64,000 bases of DNA from Myxococcota bacterium (GTDB taxonomy: Bacteria; Myxococcota_A; UBA9160; UBA6930): contig JANQOX010000026.1 of NCBI GenBank assembly GCA_028285625.1, positions 17,825 to 81,824 of the forward strand. The letters are read 5' to 3'. The notes under the pieces are model-generated. The model was not told the origin of the DNA, ran no database searches, and saw only the letters and a program-made list of their open reading frames with translations. This document shows positions 50,836 through 60,391 of this stretch, piece after piece. Each line of letters opens with the position of its first letter. Positions within the stretch are counted from its first letter, which is position 1. A program made the position numbers and the translations under genes.

Positions 50836-53175
50836 CTAGAGGTCCTTGTAGCGGCCGATGTCGATGAGTCCGGCCTCGACGGGGTTCTGACGCGCGAGCG
50901 CGTCGTCGAACCAGTCCATCAGGCTCCAGAAGCCCGGGCTGCTGCGGCGCACGCCCCAACGCTCGACGACGCGGGTGAGTCCCTCCGCATCCTCGACCGC
51001 ACCCAGGACTTCGGCGAACCGCAGCACCTCGTTCAGGGGAACGTCGAAGGCGAAGTTGGGGTAACTGCCCAGCGCGCCGCGCACGACGGTGAGCGTGTCG
51101 TTCGCCGGGACGCGACGGTTGGCCTCGAAGAACAGGAAGGCCACGTTGTCGTGGGCCGCATCGTGCACCAGCGAGTACTGGAGCGGCTCCTCCATGTCAC
51201 CGCCCACCACGCGGACCCAGACCAGTTCGGGAAGGGTCGCGACGAACGGAGCGCGCACTCCCGCGAGACGGCGCAACGCCGCGTCGGCCGTGCGTTCCAG
51301 GTTCGATGCGCCGGACCGCTGGCACGGGGGCTGGTCACAGCGGTTCAGCAGATCGGGCGGCCCGGCAACCTCACGCGACCGCGCCTCGACCTGGGCGAGC
51401 AGCTCGGCCACCACGTCGTCCGTCTCGAAGCGAACCTGGGTACCGTGGGGCGTGAACCGTTCGCGATCCAGGTAGACGTCGAGCTGGTCTTCGGCGCCGC
51501 GATACCACGACCGGAAGATCGCGTCGCGCTGCTCCCGGGGAACGAAGAGCAGGAAGAGGTCCTCCGCCTGCATGCGCAGGTGGTCCATGTAGAGTCGCGT
51601 CGCCACCTGGTGGGTGACGTTTCCGAAGACGTCGAAGCCCGCCACCAGGTCGTAGTAGATGCGCTCGAAGATGGGGTAGTCGAGCACCCAGGCCGTCTGG
51701 GGCGGTGCACCGTGGAACCCGTGGACCACGGTGGCGTTGTCGAAGTGGCGAAACACCGTGAGCAGGGCATCGCGATCGTGCCCATCTCCATCCCAGATGG
51801 CCTCGAGCGGCGGGCCGTCCTTCTCCGGGTCGATCTCGTCGTAGACGCGCTCGCGCAGCTCGAGATAGCGCTCCTGCTTTTCGTCGTAGCGCGTGAGGAT
51901 GTCGAGGCGGGGGCGTTGGCCCCCTGCCTCGGCCGGCATCCGCAGCAGGCCACGCGCTTCGTCGAGGAAGCCGGGATCGGTGACCGAGAGGTCGTAGTCG
52001 GGGTCGACGAACGTGACCCAGAAGCGGTCTCGAATGACGTTCACCGCGACCTGCCCCCGGCAGACCGGGCCCCGGATGAAGGTCATCACGAAGTAGCGCG
52101 CGTCGTCGAGCAGGTACTGGTAGCGCGCACGCGACGGAATGGCGGCGAAGGTGGTGAAGGGATTGGCCGACGTGACCGGGTCGTAGTCGGGGAGTTCTGC
52201 CAGCTCCCAGTCGGGCGCGAAGAAGAGCTCTTTCAGGCGCGCCATGCGCTCGGGGCCGATCGGGTAGACGATGTGGGTCTTGTGGAGGATCGTCGCGTCG
52301 ATGGGCCGCAGCCGATACCAGAAGTTCGCGACGCCCGGCGCGTCGAAGGGCCGCCGGGTCGGCAGCACGCGAATCGGCTCTCCGGGCGGCGTCGCCGAGC
52401 GCACCACCTCGAAGTAGGGGCCCTGCGGCGCACTCGTGAACGTCAGGTGCGCGAGGAACCAGTGCTCGTAGAGGTACCGCGCCACGAGTCGCTCGCGATT
52501 CGAGGGCCCGTTGAGAAAGGCCTCCCAATCCTCGACCTGCCGGGCGAGAGCGGCGGGGACCTCCATGTCCTCCCAGTCCGGCGCCCCCTGGGCGATCCAA
52601 CGCGAGAGCGTCTCGAGCTCGTCGGGAGCGAGCGGCGCGGTGCCGTAGGGCATGCCGCCCATGGGTCGATCCGCCGCGTAGCGGGCGAACTCGTCGTCGG
52701 CCGGGCAGCTGAGCGCGCGGTTGATGTCGAGGTCGACGTCGGGCATGCGGGCGTTGGGCGCCGGCGGGGCGGCGCGTCCGAGGGCCAACATGCGCAGCAT
52801 CAGCGAGTCACTGGGCGAGCCTTCGGCCAGCGGCAGGACGGGATGGAACCCCAGCTCGCGCCAGCCCGCCTCGGTGGTCGCATCGTGGGACAGGCGTGTG
52901 AGCGGCGCCTCGAGCAGCCGGCTCGACTGGTAGACGGGCTGCTTCGAGGCCCCGCGCAACAGGCCCTCGTGGGACGACAGGTTCAGCTGACAGGGAGCGT
53001 CGTAGCAGCCGTGGCAGACCACGCAGCGAGACTCGAGCACCGCCCGCGCCGCAGCCGGCCGCAACGGCGCGACCGAGTCGAGCGGAAGGGGCTCGGGCTC
53101 CTGGGCCGCACCCCGGCAGCCGGCCATCGCCAGGAGGATCGAGCAGAACCAGAACGCGCGGAGGGTCTTGGACAT
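50836..53175 (-). CDS. cti: fatty acid cis/trans isomerase
   Basis: 779 aa. Lipoprotein signal LLAMAGC. N-terminal haem-c motif in CVVCHGCYDAPCQLNLSS. The length and the remaining sequence fit the Cti family. Confidence 0.88.
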   Translation of the reverse strand: MSKTLRAFWFCSILLAMAGCRGAAQEPEPLPLDSVAPLRPAAARAVLESRCVVCHGCYDAPCQLNLSSHEGLLRGASKQPVYQSSRLLEAPLTRLSHDATTEAGWRELGFHPVLPLAEGSPSDSLMLRMLALGRAAPPAPNARMPDVDLDINRALSCPADDEFARYAADRPMGGMPYGTAPLAPDELETLSRWIAQGAPDWEDMEVPAALARQVEDWEAFLNGPSNRERLVARYLYEHWFLAHLTFTSAPQGPYFEVVRSATPPGEPIRVLPTRRPFDAPGVANFWYRLRPIDATILHKTHIVYPIGPERMARLKELFFAPDWELAELPDYDPVTSANPFTTFAAIPSRARYQYLLDDARYFVMTFIRGPVCRGQVAVNVIRDRFWVTFVDPDYDLSVTDPGFLDEARGLLRMPAEAGGQRPRLDILTRYDEKQERYLELRERVYDEIDPEKDGPPLEAIWDGDGHDRDALLTVFRHFDNATVVHGFHGAPPQTAWVLDYPIFERIYYDLVAGFDVFGNVTHQVATRLYMDHLRMQAEDLFLLFVPREQRDAIFRSWYRGAEDQLDVYLDRERFTPHGTQVRFETDDVVAELLAQVEARSREVAGPPDLLNRCDQPPCQRSGASNLERTADAALRRLAGVRAPFVATLPELVWVRVVGGDMEEPLQYSLVHDAAHDNVAFLFFEANRRVPANDTLTVVRGALGSYPNFAFDVPLNEVLRFAEVLGAVEDAEGLTRVVERWGVRRSSPGFWSLMDWFDDALARQNPVEAGLIDIGRYKDL

Positions 53176-53210
53176 CGGCCGGGGAGCTTCGCGCCCCCAT
53201 GCTGCGTGCG

Positions 53211-55187
53211 CTAGTGCCGGGTGTCGCCGGCGGGAGGCAGGGCCGGATCCACGGAGAGCGCGGCCTCCGGCACGACGGAAGGCGCAGCCTCCGGCAGAGC
53301 GGGAGGCGCAGCCTCCGCCGCGGCCTGGGACCGGGCGGCATCGAATGCCGCAACCTGCTCGCGCAGGATCCGCTTCAGCTCCGCGATGGTCTCGGGGTGG
53401 GCCTGCATGGAGTGATGGCTGGGGACGATGACTTCGGAGGCGGCCTCGGACAGGGTCGCACTCTCATACTTCACCACGCCGTCGTCCGCGTCCTCGAGCC
53501 CGCCGTCGGGGTCGGGAACGGCAATGATCGAGTGCGCGGTCACACCCTCGGCCAACGGCCGCGAAGCAAGCGTGTCCATGAAGAGGCTCCCGGGTCGCAT
53601 GTTCTCGATGCTGGTCGGAACCTGGCGCATGCGCGAGCGCAGCTTGGCCTCGGAATCGCCCGAGATGAGATCGACCGTGGCCTGGGTGGCTCGCACGGGC
53701 AGGCTGATCAAGCGCCCGGCGAGCGCCGCGACACCGTCCGTGGCCCGGAAGCTCCCGCGGTGGGGTGTCGCCATGAACACCACCCGATCGGCGAACGGCA
53801 ACGCCTCGAAGAAGAACTGATCCTCGAGCCACTTCTGGGTCGCGGGGTCGAGGTCGAGACTCTCGACCGGCTCCTCGGAGATGGCATCCCAGAACGCCGT
53901 CTCCGAGTCCGTGACCTGGAGGCGCACGAGCAGCCCTCCTTGGCTGTGACCGACCAACACCATGTGCTGGAGCGCAGCATCCTTGGCCTCGGGATCGAGC
54001 TCCCGCCTCGCTCCCTGTAGTGCGGCACGGAGCCTCCCGGCCGAGAGCAGGATGGGATTGCCGGTCGCGTAGACGAACAGCCAGGGAACGACGCGGTCGC
54101 GCAGCACCGGATCCCCGGTGAGCTCGTTGACGACCTCCGCCCAGCGCCCGGGGCTCGATGCCGTGCCGTGGACCAACACCACCGGAATCTGCCCGGGCCG
54201 GTACGGGTGGATCATGAACAGCCCGTCCGAGTCCTCGGACATGACCGTCACGCGGTCCTGGAACAGGCTCTCGATCTCGATGGACCACACCTCCGACTGC
54301 CCGACCCCCAGTGCGAACGCGACGCTCGGCTCGTACTCCAGCGGCACCTCCTCCCCGTGGATCTCGGTGGTCGAGACCTCCTCCATGGCGTAGAGCTCGA
54401 GACGCCCCGAGAGCTCGCCCCTCTGGAGGCCCGCCAGGGCATCGTCGAAGCGGAGCAGGACCGTGACGGGGACGTGGATCGCCTTGGGGATGCGGGCGGC
54501 CTCCCTCGCGGCGGACCCCGGCAAGCGCTCGAGCCCGGCAATGAACGGTGCGCCTATCCCCGGGCGGCGGTATCGATTGCGGATGCCGCGGATCTCGTAG
54601 TCGTCGGCGGGAACCAGATCGACCAGGCGATGGCCCGCCCAGACGGGATCCTTCGGGGACGTCACTACGAGGGTGCCGAATGAGAGCGTCACCGTGCGCG
54701 AGGAGAGGTCGGCCACCTCGGCCTCGGCTTCCCTCAGGCCTCGTGCGAGACCCCGGTTGTAGAGATCCGCGGCCACCCGGGTCCGAGGGTCGAGCACCGA
54801 AGGGCGATCGGCCGGGTCCTCGGGAAACAGGAAGGCCCACGCATAGACGGCTGCCGCTGCGTACGCGCTCGCGCCGCCCTCGCGGTCGCCGTGCAGGAAG
54901 GAAAGCTCGGCCAGCGCGTACAACACGTCCGGCGGATGCGGCGCCGTGGGGAGCAGGGCATGCAGCGCGTCGAGGCTGTGAACGAGCTGGCGGTCGTTTT
55001 CGGCGCTCACCCCGACGGCCTGGAGCACCAGCTCGGTGTCGTGGCTGAGCTCGCCCGCTGCCAGGACGTTGGCGGCGAGCTGGGCGCGGACCTTGCGCGG
55101 ATCCTGACGCTCGACGCCCACCGGCGATGCGCACGCGAGCGCGCACGCCACCAGGCAGGCGAGCGCGAGTGCGGGGCTCCGACGCAT
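53211..55187 (-). CDS. alpha/beta hydrolase lipoprotein (lipase-like)
   Basis: ORF 53211..55289 trimmed to ATG 55187 (MRRSPALALACLVACALAC). PVVLVHGTASSPGRW and nucleophile elbow VGHSQGG. Ala/Pro-rich repetitive C-terminus. Confidence 0.8.
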   Translation of the reverse strand: MRRSPALALACLVACALACASPVGVERQDPRKVRAQLAANVLAAGELSHDTELVLQAVGVSAENDRQLVHSLDALHALLPTAPHPPDVLYALAELSFLHGDREGGASAYAAAAVYAWAFLFPEDPADRPSVLDPRTRVAADLYNRGLARGLREAEAEVADLSSRTVTLSFGTLVVTSPKDPVWAGHRLVDLVPADDYEIRGIRNRYRRPGIGAPFIAGLERLPGSAAREAARIPKAIHVPVTVLLRFDDALAGLQRGELSGRLELYAMEEVSTTEIHGEEVPLEYEPSVAFALGVGQSEVWSIEIESLFQDRVTVMSEDSDGLFMIHPYRPGQIPVVLVHGTASSPGRWAEVVNELTGDPVLRDRVVPWLFVYATGNPILLSAGRLRAALQGARRELDPEAKDAALQHMVLVGHSQGGLLVRLQVTDSETAFWDAISEEPVESLDLDPATQKWLEDQFFFEALPFADRVVFMATPHRGSFRATDGVAALAGRLISLPVRATQATVDLISGDSEAKLRSRMRQVPTSIENMRPGSLFMDTLASRPLAEGVTAHSIIAVPDPDGGLEDADDGVVKYESATLSEAASEVIVPSHHSMQAHPETIAELKRILREQVAAFDAARSQAAAEAAPPALPEAAPSVVPEAALSVDPALPPAGDTRH

Positions 55188-55297
55188 GGCGCGGATCCTA
55201 ACGTCGGAACCCCTCGTCGCCCAGACGGCCTGCGAGTGCCACGATGCGCGGCGCCAGGCCTGCAGTGCGGCCGCACCCGACCCGCGCAAGACGACCT

Positions 55298-56053
55298 ATG
55301 CTCCTCGTCGTGAAGCTCCAGGCCCTTTCCATCCTGTTCTGGCTCTTCCTCGGCGTGACCTCGATCGCCCTGTTCCCGATCGCCGTCGTGATCTGGGCGG
55401 TGACGCTGCCCTTCGACCGGCGCAAGGTGCTGCTCCACCGGTTCACCTGCTTCTGGGCCTCGCTCTACACCTGGTTCAATCCGGCCTGGCCGGTGGCGAT
55501 CGAAGGCCGCGAGCACATCGACCCGCGCGAGACCTACGTCATGGTGGCGAACCACCTCTCGCTACTCGACATCCTGGTGCTGTTCCGGCTGTTCAACCAC
55601 TACAAGTGGATCTCCAAGATCGAGAACTTCCGGATCCCTTTCATCGGCTGGAACATGCGGCTGAACGGCTACGTCGAGCTTCGCCGTGGAGACCGCGAGA
55701 GCGTGCTGCAGATGCTGGAGACCTCGCGCGGCGTGCTCGAGAGCGGAAGCTCGATCATGATGTTCCCCGAAGGCACGCGTTCGCCCACGGGCGAGATGCG
55801 CGACTTCAAGCCGGGCGCCTTCCAGCTGGCCATCGAGTGCAAACGACCGCTCCTGCCGATCGCCTTGCAGGGCACCGCAGACGCCCTGCCCAAGCGCGGC
55901 TTCGTCCTCCAGGGCCGGCACCCGATCTCGGTGACCGTGCTGCCGCCGATCGCGCCAGAGGCGTTCGCCGGGCAGACGCCGGAGGCCCTGGCGGCCGAGA
56001 CGCGCGCACTGCTGCTCGGCGTGGTCGGCAAACCCGAGACTCCCTCGAGCTAG
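55298..56053 (+). CDS. plsC: 1-acyl-sn-glycerol-3-phosphate (lysophospholipid) acyltransferase
   Basis: ORF 55244..56053 trimmed to ATG 55298. N-terminal TM helix. The HX4D motif is NHLSLLD; also FPEGTRS. Confidence 0.88.
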   Translation: MLLVVKLQALSILFWLFLGVTSIALFPIAVVIWAVTLPFDRRKVLLHRFTCFWASLYTWFNPAWPVAIEGREHIDPRETYVMVANHLSLLDILVLFRLFNHYKWISKIENFRIPFIGWNMRLNGYVELRRGDRESVLQMLETSRGVLESGSSIMMFPEGTRSPTGEMRDFKPGAFQLAIECKRPLLPIALQGTADALPKRGFVLQGRHPISVTVLPPIAPEAFAGQTPEALAAETRALLLGVVGKPETPSS

Positions 56054-58155
56054 GGCGACGCCGCGTCCGGCTTCTCACCGGCCCCGCCCGGGGCGCGCGA
56101 CAAGACGTAGGCCTGGATCCGGCGAACGTCGTCGGCGTCGAGCACGTCGCCGAAGGCCGGCATGCCGAGCGCCGCGCGTCGTCCCTCGAGGACGATTTCG
56201 GCGAACTCCGCGTGCACCGCGGCACGGGCGAACCGCAGGTCCGGGAGCACGCCGCCTCCCACCGCCCCCACGCCGTGACAGACCGCGCACCACTGGTGGT
56301 AGCGGTCGCTGCCGCGTCCCACGTCCTCGGCACTCGCATCGATGGCCACGTCGGCCCTCTGACCGGGTCGCGGCGGCGGGGCCTCGGGCATCGACACGTC
56401 GCCGTCGAGGGCGAACACGAGCAGGTGGCCCGCCGAACGCACCCCTGCGGCCGCGGCGGCGTCGCCGGCCGCCACCGCGAACGAGCCGCCCCACCCGGCC
56501 ATCACGGCGACGTACTGGGTCTCGCCCACGCGATAGCTGATCGGGGCCGCGACGATGCCCGTCGGCACGGTCACCTCGAACCGCTTCTCTCCGTCCGTGG
56601 CGCGATAGGCCACGAAGCGTCCATCTGCCGTGCCCTGGAACACGAGGTTGCCCGCCGTCGCCAGGGTGCCGCCGTTGCCCGCGACCGCGTACGGCGCGCG
56701 CCAGACCTCGCGGCCCGCCACCGGATCCCAGGCGAGCAGATGACCCGACGTGCCCGCGGCCGCAGCGCCAGGCGGAGGGAGGCTCCGGTACATCTTCATG
56801 TCGAGCCCGGTGTTGTGGGCGCGCGGAACGAAAGCGAAGTCCGGGTCGACGGTGTAGAGGCCCGGCAACTCCTGGGCGGGCACGTACACCAGACCCGTGT
56901 CGGGACTGAACGACATCGGGTGCCAGTTGTGTGCGCCCGCGCTGCCCGGCTTGATCAGCACGGGGCGGTCGGCGGCGCGAACCCCCGGGGCCTCCACGGG
57001 GCGACCCGTCGCCAGGTCCACGTGCGACGCCCACGTCACCTCGGCGAACGGTTCGGCCGAGAGCAGTTCGCCCGTGGCCCGGTCGAGCACGTAGAAGAAC
57101 CCGTTCTTCGGCGCCTGCAGCAGCACCGCGCGCGAACGGCCCGCGATCTCGAGGTCGGCCAGCAGCAGGTGCTGCGTCGCGGTGAAGTCCCACGCGTCGC
57201 CGGGGGTCGTCTGGTAGTACCAGACCAGCGCGCCATCGTCCTCGCGGAGCGCGAGGATCGAACTCAGATAGAGGTTGTCGCCGCGATCTTCGCTGCGCAG
57301 CACGCGGCTCCAAGGGCCCCCGTTGCCGGTACCCACGTACACGAGCCCGAGCTCGGGATCATGGGCGATGGCGTCCCACGCGGTGCCCCCTCCACCGGTC
57401 TCCCAGTAGCGACCGTGCCAGGTACGGGCCGCACGCGCGATCGCCGGGGTCTCGTGGCCCTTGGCCGGGTCACCCGGAACCGTGTAGGTGCGCCAGAGCC
57501 GCTCGCCGGTCTCGGCGTCGTAGGCCGAGACGTAGCCGCGCACGCCCAGATCCGCGCCGCTGTTGCCGATCACCACACGGCCCGAGACGACCCGCGGTGC
57601 GCCGGTGATGGTGTAGGGCTGCTCGGCGGGCGTGGTCTGCGCGCTCCACAGCAGCGCCCCGGTGCCGGCGTCGAGAGCCTGCAGCCGACCGTCGAGAGTC
57701 GCCACGAACACGCGGCCCGCATCGACGGCCACCCCGCGGTTCACCACGTCGCAACACAGGATGCGCGCGATCTCGCGGGGCACCTGCGGATCGTGCTGCC
57801 AGAGCTTTGCCCCCGAAGCCGCATCGAAGGCATGGACGGTGCTCCAGGTTCCGGTGGTGTAGAGCACGCCGTCCACGACGATGGGCGTCGCCTCCAGCCC
57901 CCGGCGTGTCCCGAAGTCGTGCGTCCAGGCCAGCCCCAGGCGCCCGGCGTTGTGCTCGTCGATCTGCGCGAGCGGGCTGAAGCGTTGCTCGAAGGCCCCC
58001 TGCCCGTGGCGCGGCCAGTCTCCGGCACCGGCGGCGGGCGCCGCGTCGCGGCAAGCGGGCCCGCCCCAGGCGAGCAGGCACGCGAAGAGAGCCGCGAACG
58101 GGCCTGCGGCCCGCGCCACCGCAGCTCGTCGGGACGCGCCCACGCGTGACTCCAT
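56050..58155 (-). CDS. PQQ-dependent quinohaemoprotein alcohol dehydrogenase
   Basis: C-terminal 701 codons of tracked ORF 56050..58758, from ATG 58155. Propeller W-motifs, vicinal CC (ILCCDVVNRG), and a C-terminal cytochrome c domain with CAVCH. Confidence 0.9.
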   Translation of the reverse strand: MESRVGASRRAAVARAAGPFAALFACLLAWGGPACRDAAPAAGAGDWPRHGQGAFEQRFSPLAQIDEHNAGRLGLAWTHDFGTRRGLEATPIVVDGVLYTTGTWSTVHAFDAASGAKLWQHDPQVPREIARILCCDVVNRGVAVDAGRVFVATLDGRLQALDAGTGALLWSAQTTPAEQPYTITGAPRVVSGRVVIGNSGADLGVRGYVSAYDAETGERLWRTYTVPGDPAKGHETPAIARAARTWHGRYWETGGGGTAWDAIAHDPELGLVYVGTGNGGPWSRVLRSEDRGDNLYLSSILALREDDGALVWYYQTTPGDAWDFTATQHLLLADLEIAGRSRAVLLQAPKNGFFYVLDRATGELLSAEPFAEVTWASHVDLATGRPVEAPGVRAADRPVLIKPGSAGAHNWHPMSFSPDTGLVYVPAQELPGLYTVDPDFAFVPRAHNTGLDMKMYRSLPPPGAAAAGTSGHLLAWDPVAGREVWRAPYAVAGNGGTLATAGNLVFQGTADGRFVAYRATDGEKRFEVTVPTGIVAAPISYRVGETQYVAVMAGWGGSFAVAAGDAAAAAGVRSAGHLLVFALDGDVSMPEAPPPRPGQRADVAIDASAEDVGRGSDRYHQWCAVCHGVGAVGGGVLPDLRFARAAVHAEFAEIVLEGRRAALGMPAFGDVLDADDVRRIQAYVLSRAPGGAGEKPDAASP

Positions 58156-58206
58156 GGCCGGCGCAGCGTAGCGGAGGAACGCGGCGCGGTGGTCTACGCT
58201 CTGGGC

Positions 58207-58731
58207 ATGCGCACACTCGCCCTCGCTGCAGTCCTGTTCCTGGCCGCACCCGCTCTCGGCGCCGGACCCGAAGTCGGCGAAGCCGCGCCGGAGTTCTCCC
58301 TGCCGGGCTCGGACGGGCGCGCCCATGCGCTGTCGGACCACACCGGCAAGCGCGGCGTGGTGCTCGCCTGGTTCCCGAAGGCGTTCACCCCCGGCTGAAC
58401 GGCCGAGCTCCAGGCGCTGCGTGACAGCGCCGAAGCCCTCGCCGCCTACGACGTGGCCGTGTACATGGTGAGCCTCGACGACCCGGACAAGAACCGCGCC
58501 TTTGCCGAGTCGCTGGATGCCCGGCACGTGGTGCTCTCCGACCCGGAGGGCGACGTGGCCCGCGCATACGGTGTGACGCGCCTCGGCGGTCTGTATGCGC
58601 GACGCGTCACGTTCTACGTGGACGCAGAGGGCACGGTCCGCGCCGTCGACGAGGACGTCCGCCCGGAGAGCGCGGGAAGCGACATGGCTCGCAAGCTCGG
58701 CGAGCTGGGATTCCCCAAGAAGGCGCCGTAG
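58207..58731 (+). CDS. secreted peroxiredoxin (AhpC/TSA-Bcp family), predicted selenoprotein (Sec encoded by TGA 58396-58398)
   Basis: Tracked ORFs 58189..58398 and 58453..58731 are in the same frame. Joined they read MRTLALAAVLFLAAPALGA...GEAAPEFSLPGSDGRAHALSDHTGKRGVVLAWFPKAFTPG-TGA-TAELQALRDSAEALAAYDVAVYMVSLDDPDKNRAFAE...RVTFYVDAEGTV... The TGA sits at the peroxidatic-Cys position. Confidence 0.8.
58407..58436 (+). promoter_or_regulatory. candidate bacterial SECIS hairpin
   Basis: Begins 8 nt after TGA 58396-58398. Perfect 7-bp upper stem: GGCGCTG (58413-58419) pairs with CAGCGCC (58425-58431). The loop is CGUGA. A lower stem pairs 58407-58411 with 58432-58436 (one mismatch, one bulge). 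Confidence 0.55.
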
Positions 58732-58735
58732 CGAC

Positions 58736-58766
58736 CCGCCGCTTCGGGTGCGGGGCACCCGGCGGC
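58736..58766. terminator. GC-rich hairpin between convergent genes (possible bidirectional terminator)
   Basis: CGCCGC (58736-58741) pairs with GCGGCG (58761-58766). These enclose GGGTG (58745-58749) paired with CACCC (58755-58759), with loop CGGGG. No U-tract. Confidence 0.4.
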
Positions 58767-58773
58767 GACTCGC

Positions 58774-59745
58774 TCAGGTGCCGGCGAGGCGGGCCACGAC
58801 CGGCGCGAACGGTTCGAGCGACGTGTCGGGCACCGTCACGTAGCTGATGCCCAGGCTCTCGCGACGCGCGCGCAGCAGGTCACACACCTCGTCCACTTCG
58901 CCGAACAACCCATGCGGGTGCGCGAGCATCGCCTCCTTGTCGAGCCCCAGTGCCCGGCCCATGCCTTCGGCCGCGGCCTCGGCACCCGACCCCATGAACG
59001 TGAAGTAGGCGCCGATCTCGAGTTCGGGGTCGCGATCGCCCGCGGCTTCGCGCACCCAGGCGACCTTTCGTGCGGTGCGCTCGGCCGTCGACCCGCCCAC
59101 GCCGTCCGCACCGAGTACGCCCGAGCGGTTGTTGAAGTTCAGGCTCACCACGTCGCCCTCGCGGGCCGCCAGCTCGAGCACCCGGCGCGAGCCACCGCCG
59201 ATCATGATCGGAGGGTGCGGGCGCTGCACGGGCGCCGGCACGGGCTCGAAGTCGCGCGCGCGGATGTGCGACCCCTCGAAGGCCATGGGCATTCCGGCGA
59301 ACCAGGCCTTGAGAAAGGCCACGGTCTCGGCGAGCCGGTCGATGCGGGTCGTCGCCTCGTCGAAGGCGATGCCGAGCGCCACGTACTCGGCGCGGAGCCA
59401 GCCGGCCCCCACCCCGAGCTCGAGGCGGCCATCGCTCAGCAGGTCGAGGGTCGCGGCCTCCTTGGCCAGGACTGCGGGGTGCCGGTAGTCCTGGCAGAAC
59501 ACGCGACAGCCCACACGCAGGGTCTCGGTCGCCTCGGCAGCCATCGCCATGGCCGGCACGGCGGCCAGCTCCTGCACCGGGTGGTTGGTGGGATCGAGGG
59601 CCGGACCGGCCCCGATCACGTGGTCGGCGAGATGCAGCGCGGAATAGCCCAGGCCCTCCGCCCGCTTGGCGCGCTCGCGCCAGGCGTCCGCCGAGGGTGC
59701 CGAGAACGATTGGACGGCGAAGCGGAAGGGACGCGATTCGGGCAT
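58774..59745 (-). CDS. luciferase-like monooxygenase (LLM) family oxidoreductase, probably the F420-dependent subgroup
   Basis: C-terminal 323 codons of tracked ORF 58774..60318, from ATG 59745 after GAGGAG. MPESRPFRFAVQ..., ...GYSALHLADH..., ...LELGVGAGW... Confidence 0.82.
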   Translation of the reverse strand: MPESRPFRFAVQSFSAPSADAWRERAKRAEGLGYSALHLADHVIGAGPALDPTNHPVQELAAVPAMAMAAEATETLRVGCRVFCQDYRHPAVLAKEAATLDLLSDGRLELGVGAGWLRAEYVALGIAFDEATTRIDRLAETVAFLKAWFAGMPMAFEGSHIRARDFEPVPAPVQRPHPPIMIGGGSRRVLELAAREGDVVSLNFNNRSGVLGADGVGGSTAERTARKVAWVREAAGDRDPELEIGAYFTFMGSGAEAAAEGMGRALGLDKEAMLAHPHGLFGEVDEVCDLLRARRESLGISYVTVPDTSLEPFAPVVARLAGT

Positions 59746-59804
59746 GGGCGCTCCTCGGAAGCCGGAGCGGTAGAATACCGGGCCCATGCGCGAGGAGGAC
59801 CTCC

Positions 59805-60248
59805 ATGAGTGATTCGACCGTTGCCGACGAGCTGGCCATCCGCGGCCTCGTGGCCCGCTACTGCCAAGCCATCCAGACCTCCGACCAGGCCGCATGGGCC
59901 GACACCTTCGCCGAAGACGGTGAGTGGACCGTGGTTGGCCGCAAGGCAACGGGTCGGGACGAGGCGCTGGCGCTGTTCCGGGAACTGGTCGGTGACTCCT
60001 GGGTTCGCCAGACCGCCACCGATGGCGTGATCGAGGTCCAGGGAGACGAGGGCAAGGGCCAGTGGCTGGTCCACGAGTTCGTGAAGATGTCGGGCGGCCA
60101 GGTGCTGATGAACCTGGGCATCTACCGCGACGCCTACGTGCGCTGCGCCGACGGAGCCTGGCGCTTCGCGAGTCGCTCGTTCCGCGCGGTCTACATGGGC
60201 CCCCCGGACCTCTCTGGCAATACCCTGCCGCTGCCTGAGGACTACTAG
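59805..60248 (+). CDS. SnoaL-like / NTF2 superfamily protein
   Basis: ATG 59805 follows GAGGAGGA (59792-59799). ...ELAIRGLVARYCQAIQTSDQAAWADTFAEDGEW... 147 aa. Confidence 0.8.
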   Translation: MSDSTVADELAIRGLVARYCQAIQTSDQAAWADTFAEDGEWTVVGRKATGRDEALALFRELVGDSWVRQTATDGVIEVQGDEGKGQWLVHEFVKMSGGQVLMNLGIYRDAYVRCADGAWRFASRSFRAVYMGPPDLSGNTLPLPEDY

Positions 60249-60391
60249 GCCCGGCCGGAGAACGTCGTCGGCGTCGGCTTGATGGGTTCGCCGGCCACCG
60301 GCTGGGTCGGCCGCGCAAAACCGCCGCTCAAGCCGCCGACTCCCCCACCCGATACGACCCCCCGGGGGCCACCCGGCCCGCGACAGGGGGC

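Noticed and set aside
50590-58149. Plus-strand ORFs 50590..53214 (874 aa) and 55186..58149 (987 aa).
   Set aside because: They are antisense to Cti and to the PQQ dehydrogenase, both of which have diagnostic motifs. Neither ORF has any motif of its own.
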